Shown here one piece after another: positions 8,927-13,825 of a stretch of DNA of 13,825 nt. The stretch's first letter is position 1, and each line of letters begins with the position of its first letter. Origin of the DNA: Octopus sinensis (Eukaryota). Under the pieces are notes generated by a model. The model was given only the letters and a program-made list of their open reading frames with translations. It did no database searches and was not told where the DNA came from. The position numbers and the translations under genes were made by a program. The DNA is taken from positions 1 through 13,825 of the forward strand of contig NW_021825926.1 in assembly GCF_006345805.1 (NCBI RefSeq), given 5' to 3'.

Positions 8927-9475
8927 CTGTGATTCTCAACCGGGGTCCATATGATCTCTGAGGATCCATATAAGATTTGGGGGGGGGGGGGGGATTCATG
9001 CAACAGAATAGTAAATTGGAGATCCACAGGAGTATTTTAAGGGCCCTTGAGAAAATTTGCTTTTGATGTATGTATTGGTATGTATTGCAAGAAACAGCAG
9101 GGTTTCTTTCTTTAACGTTTTACATAGTTCAACCTACACAAGTTAATGGGGGAAAAACAAAATGGAGATTTTGAAATAAATTTCGTAGGGTCCACCGGAA
9201 TAAGATAGTAATCAAAGGGATCCATAGATAAAAAATGGTTGAGAACCCCTGCTTTAGATGTATATATTGGTTATGTATTGCAAGAAACAGCTAGGTTTCT
9301 TTCTCTAACATTCTATATAGCTCAACCTACACAAGGGAACCTCTGAGAAACGAAATAGGAATATTGAAAGAAATTTCAATAAAACTAGTTCCTAAATATC
9401 GAATGGCTAAGGGGATCAACCAGAATGAAATAGTAATCAAAGGGGTCCATAGATAAAAATGGCTGAGAACACCTG
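8927..9475 (+). mobile_element. hAT-type MITE with duplicated 3' half and two right ends
   Basis: Left TIR ctgtgattctcaacc (8927); right TIRs ggttgagaacccctg (9237-9251) and ggctgagaacacctg (9461-9475); outer 8-mers tactaaaa/ttctaaag match 6/8; same family as 273-524. Confidence 0.75.
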
Positions 9476-9542
9476 TTCTAAAGCATGTTGAAATCAAAGT
9501 GTCCATAGATAAAAATAGAACGTAACGGCAGATAAAATACCC

Positions 9543-9756
9543 ATTTCTTTATTACCCACAAGGGTGGACAAACAAGAACAGACATGGGTATTAAGTCGAT
9601 TATATCGACCCCAGAGCGTAACTGGTGCTTATTTAATCGACTCCGAAAGGATGAAAGGCAAAGTTGACCTCGGCGGAATTTGAACTCACAACGTAACGGC
9701 AGACGAAATACGCATTTTTGCCCGGCGTGATAACGTTTCTGCCAGCTCGCCGCCTT
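9543..9756 (-). mobile_element. SINE family C, alternative 3' end
   Basis: Reverse complement of the family C head and body; 3' end ...gtcgatataatcgacttaa...cttgtgggtaataaagaaat. Confidence 0.85.
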
Positions 9757-9986
9757 CCTATTTCTTTACTGCCCACAAAAGGCTACACACAGAGGGGACA
9801 AACAAGGACAAACAGATTAAGTCGATTATATCGACCCCAGTGCGCAACTGGTACTTTATTTATCGACCCCGAAAGGATGAAAGGCAAAGTCGACCTCGAC
9901 GGAATTTGAACTCAGAACGCAGCGGCGGACGAAATACCGCTAAGCATTTCGCCCGGCGCGCTAACGTTTCTGCCAGCTCGCCGCCA
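9757..9986 (-). mobile_element. SINE family C, alternative 3' end, tandem to the previous copy
   Basis: Same structure; its tail (...gtgggcagtaaagaaatagg on the minus strand) abuts the head of the 9543-9756 copy. Confidence 0.85.
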
Positions 9987-10154
9987 TACGACGACTACTG
10001 TTTTTACTGACATACATCTGACAAGAACTGCTAAACCGCTTCACTTGCCGTAATTATCTTTTTTCTGTCGTTCGGCGCAACGACAACATTTTTGTTGAAG
10101 ATAAATAAATATTTTGTATCTTCAACTTCACACAGACTTTTGTTCTTCAATTCA

Positions 10155-10358
10155 ATAGCTGTTGTTGTTGCTATTGTCATGGTGATTATCGTGGTTGTTG
10201 TTTTGTTGTTGTTGTTGTTGTTGTTGTTAATGTTGGTATTGTTGATGATGATGTTGATATTGTTGCTACTGCTGCTGCTACGGTTGTGATGGTTATGATG
10301 ATGATTGCTGTTAATATTGTTAATGGTGGTACTGTTGCTTTTGTTGTTGTTGTTCTTC
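10155..10358. repeat. Compound (GTT)n/(GAT)n/(GCT)n trinucleotide microsatellite
   Basis: Directly visible. Confidence 0.9.
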
Positions 10359-10670
10359 TTGAGACCCCGTTTCAGCCACCACTGCATACATTACCATTTG
10401 TCCCAACCACCCAACCAACCATTGACGATCGATAACAAAATTCTGGCACAGAGAGACGACAAAGCAACATACGAAAAAAAAACAGAAAATGCACACAACT
10501 GACACACACATGCTCAATCCCCTCCTCAGTTGTCGACCAAATACCATCACAGTTTCAACACCTGAGGAAGGAAAAGAATTTCAGTAGTGACGATGGGTAT
10601 AGTATGGTTGGTGACTAGATGTGTAGTAGATGTGTGAGAGATGGAACGTAGAATGAGATGTATTCGTTAG

Positions 10671-10710
10671 TGTGTGTGTGTGTATGTATGTGTGTATGTA
10701 TGTGTGTGTG
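10671..10710. repeat. (TG)n/(TATG)n microsatellite
   Basis: Directly visible. Confidence 0.9.
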
Positions 10711-11070
10711 GAATGCTGCGCCGTGTAGCATGAGCGGTGGTGAGGTGTGTTGACAAAGATAAAATAGAATGAGTGTATAAACTGTGTGGGGGATAAGATC
10801 GAATAGATGTAGAGCTGATAACGGTTACTGAATCGGAAACGCGTGTCTATGATTGTCCTCTCCAGACAGTAAGCCTGTTCTTTACCTCAATGGCGAGTCA
10901 ACTTTGAAGAATACTTGATTTTTGAAATTATCTCTTCCGTTCAAGTTGTGTGGTTTTAATTGCCATTTGGTCGTTATGATAAATCCTTTAGAGGAGGACA
11001 AATACTACAAGGTACTCAATCCGAAGCAACAACGACTCTGCTGCCAATTCGAAGTCTTTTCGTGCAAATA

Positions 11071-11702
11071 AAGTAAAAAAAAGACCCCCTTTTGATTCAT
11101 GAATGACCATGGGATTGCACCTAGAAAGTTACCCTCTGAGGTACAAATCTGGGCAAGGTTGTGTATGGACGACCAGCAGTCGCCCATGCATACCAGCATC
11201 CCCTCTCCACACAATCATATGTACATAGGGTAAAGGCCCCGTCTCTTCGGTCATGAATGATCACGGGATTGTACCTAGAAAATTCCCCTCCGAGGTACAA
11301 ATCTGACCAAGGTTGCTTATGGAAGACCAGCAGTCGCCCATGCATACTAGCCTCCCCTCTCAACACCGCCATATGTACAATAGGGCAAAGACCCCTTTCG
11401 TGCGTGAATGACCATGAGATTGCACCTAGAAAGTTCCCCTCGGAGGCACAAGTCCGTGCGGGGTTGTTTATGGAAGACCGGCCTCCCCTCTCCGCGCCAC
11501 TGACGTTATCCAAGGGAAAGGCAAAGACCGATACAGTTTGGCACCAATGACGTCGCAACTCATTTCTACAGCTGGGTGAACTGGTTGAAGCAACGAAAAA
11601 TAAAGTGTCTCGCTCAAGAACACAACGCACAGCCGAATCCGGGAATCGAACTCACTACCTCATGACTGTGAGCCCGACGCTCTAACCACTGAACCATGCA
11701 CC
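11071..11702 (-). mobile_element. SINE family D (tRNA-derived) with triplicated 3' module
   Basis: Minus-strand head ggtgcatggttcagtggttagagcgtcgggctcacagtcatgaggtagtgagttcgattccc (A box tggttcagtgg, B box gagttcgattcc); body gttgtgttcttgagcgagacact...cacccagctgtagaaatgag; about 152-155-bp units starting at 11080, 11232 and 11387. Confidence 0.85.
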
Positions 11703-12152
11703 GTTACGCGCAGATTCCCGAGCTAATAATGTACTCCCCTCCCCAACATTCGACAGCCATCAGACCGTACCCTGTCTCTGCTACTGAACCGATCTTCAAT
11801 GGTTGGTTGCGTGGATGGGACACTTCACTATAAAAATATATGTCTGCATGGCCGCAATTAGGTCTTCTCTACTTCAGAACAAAATTCGCCTCCGAAACAA
11901 AACACACTGGTGGTTCTGTAAGTTTAACAAGTGGTTCGTGCATTCGAAACTCCTTCCTGTAATGATGCAGTGGTGGGATGGTATAGCTGCTGAGGTGCAG
12001 TGGTAGGTATAAGACTGTGATGGTGGCACGAGAGGTGTGATGGACGACTTAGTAGTGCGTATGTGGTGGTGGTGGTTATAGTTGTGGCGAGGGGTAATAG
12101 TTAGCACCGTTTTCAAATCTTGGTGGAACCAGTATACTTAATATACATACGC

Positions 12153-12309
12153 GGAGTGGCTGTGTGGTAAGTAGCTTGCTTACCAACCACATGGTTCCGG
12201 GTTCAGTCCTACTGCGTGGCACCTTGGGCAAGTGTCTTCTACTATAGCCTCGGGCCGACCAAAGCCTTGTGAGTGGATTTGGTAGACGGAAACTGAAAGA
12301 ATCCCGTCG

Positions 12310-12343
<34 letters not shown>

Positions 12344-12594
12344 TGTATGTGTGTATGTGTGTATGTGTGTATGTTTGTGTGTCTGTGTTTTTCCCCCTAG
12401 CATTCATTGCTTGACAACCGATGCTGGTGTGTTTAGGTCCCCGTAACGTAGCGGTTCGGCAAAAGAGACCGATAGAATAAGTACTAAGCATCCAAAGAAG
12501 AGTTGGTGTCGATCTGCTCAACTAAAAGGCGGTGCTCCAGCATGGCCACAGTCAAATGAGTGAAACAAGTAAAAGAGAGGAAGAGAGTAAAGAG
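12153..12594 (+). mobile_element. SINE family A, full length, with TSD
   Basis: A-box-like tggctgtgtgg, B-box-like ggttcagtcc, ccttgggcaagt motif, internal (TATG)n(TG)n, (aagag)n tail; 11-bp direct repeat tatacatacgc at 12142-12152 and 12595-12605. Confidence 0.92.
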
Positions 12595-12717
12595 TATACA
12601 TACGCACGGCTAAGAGTTATTCTGGCTCATATTTCTAGCAACGCAGGTGCTGACTAGTACCCTCAGTCCCTTTAGTGACGTCTATACTGGTGCCTTTTGG
12701 TTATACACACATGAATA

Positions 12718-13450
12718 TTCTTTTACTTGTTTCAGTCATTTCACTGCGGTCGTGCTGGAGCAGCGCCTTTAAGTGGAGGCGCAATGGCCCGGTGGTTAGC
12801 GCAGCGGACTCGCGGTCGGAGGATCGCGGTTTCGATTCCCAGACCGGGCTTTGTATGTGTTATTGAGCGAAAACACCTAAAGCTCCACGAGGCTCCTTCG
12901 GGGTGGGTGGTGGCGACCCCTATTATACTCTTTCGCCCCAACTTTCTCTCACTCTTTCTTCCTGTTTCTTGTCCCCGACTTCCTACGCAACCGCTGAGCC
13001 TGGATGCGCATTCATCCATCCGTCGATGCTTTCGGTGTCGGGGGTTAACCTGCTTTCTCTTCTACAGGTCTTACGAATAGCAAAGGACCACGTTTTGGAC
13101 TTCTCCCACTCTGGGACGAAGACCGCTTCGCTCAACAAACAAACAAATAAGCAGCACCTTTAGTCGAACAAATCGACCCCAAGACTTATTCTTTGTAAGC
13201 CTAGTAGTTATTCTATCGGTCTCTTTAGACCGAACCGCTAAACGATGATGGGGGGAACAAATACAGACATAAAGACATATACACACAAATTAGTCCTTCT
13301 TTCAGTTTCCGTCTACCAAATCCACTCACAAAGCTTTCGCTGGTCTGAGGCTATAGTAGAAGGCACTTGCTGAAGGTGCCACGCAGTGGAACTGAACCCA
13401 GAAATATGTGGTTGGTAAGCAAACTACGTACCACACAGCCACTCCTGCGC
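12718..13450 (-). mobile_element. SINE family A interrupted by a family B insertion
   Basis: 12718-12771 matches the family A 3' end; similarity resumes at 13150 and runs to the head ...ccacacagccactcctgcgc at 13450. Confidence 0.9.
12772..13149 (+). mobile_element. SINE family B (tRNA-Arg-like head), tail type 2
   Basis: Head gtggaggcgcaatggcccggtggttagcgc...gtttcgattccc; (caaa)n tail; 13-bp TSD agcagcgccttta (12759-12771) / agcagcaccttta (13150-13162). Confidence 0.9.
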
Positions 13451-13483
<33 letters not shown>

Positions 13484-13534
13484 TATATATTAATTTACTT
13501 TATTTTATTAAACCTTTTTTATGTCCTTCAGAAA

Positions 13535-13646
13535 ATTCCTCACACTGATGAGAATGACAATGCATAAATTTAATTACAATTACTATGATTATAATTTTTT
13601 TCTTACATATTCGTATTGTCCTTTGAAACGCGCGTATGTATTGAAT
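13535..13646 (+). ncRNA. Type I hammerhead ribozyme motif with long stem II
   Basis: CTGATGA (13545-13551); 12-bp stem II gaatgacaatgc/gtattgtccttt with one mismatch and two G.U; GAAA (13625-13628); palindrome acgcgcgt; GUA triplet (13634-13636); stem I aca/tgt + 3x3 loop + attc/gaat. Confidence 0.65.
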
Positions 13647-13825
13647 CCTATTTTGTATTAAATCTAATTTTGATTCAACATATTGTTTCTCCTCCATTTT
13701 TCTATAATTGTTTATGGTATTTTTATACCTATAACGATATTTTTCATCTACTATTTTCATATTCTTATTACTTGCTCTGGGTGTTTTTTTATGAATATGA
13801 TGAACTTTATTGAAAATCATTCTTT

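Noticed and set aside
10031-10550. Poly-N/Q/H or poly-L/V ORFs as a low-complexity protein exon
   Set aside because: They coincide with a compound trinucleotide microsatellite that is open in several frames on both strands.
10562-10585. ctgagga...gaaa as a hammerhead
   Set aside because: Only 2 nt lie between the core motifs, so there is no stem II, and no stem I or III pairing.
11080-11500. ~153-bp repeats as a CRISPR array or coding repeat (ORFs 11121..11630, 11257..11550)
   Set aside because: Whole units are homologous with no unique spacers, the context is eukaryotic, and the units are the 3' part of a SINE.
13500-13820. 106-aa minus-strand ORF
   Set aside because: AT-rich, compositionally biased and without any recognisable RT, endonuclease or host motif; cannot be supported without a homology search.

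Overview
AT-rich, microsatellite-rich eukaryotic DNA made almost entirely of nested transposable elements, with no recognisable host gene. The repeat families and microsatellite load suggest an octopus (inferred from memory, not a search result). The centre holds a 5'-truncated Penelope-like retroelement (PLE, 6497-8585), probably Neptune-type, with RT motif KRFLDDCF, a CxxxxCxxC linker and a C-terminal GIY-YIG endonuclease. Its 3' ~600 bp is duplicated in inverted orientation at its 5' end, and the element sits inside the internal (TA)n tract of a tRNA-derived SINE. Each arm carries an identical 40-nt minimal hammerhead ribozyme with a non-canonical U3:A8 core pair and a palindromic stem III (8411-8450 +, 6672-6711 -). 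A second, unrelated hammerhead with a long stem II lies at 13535-13646, and a degenerate third candidate at 10811-10853. The rest is four tRNA-derived SINE families (working names A-D) showing tail swapping, tandem arrays and nesting; hAT-type and mariner-type MITEs; a probable Helentron/HINE-like element; a perfect 29-bp hairpin; and simple repeats. Apart from the PLE fragments, the supplied ORFs look spurious.
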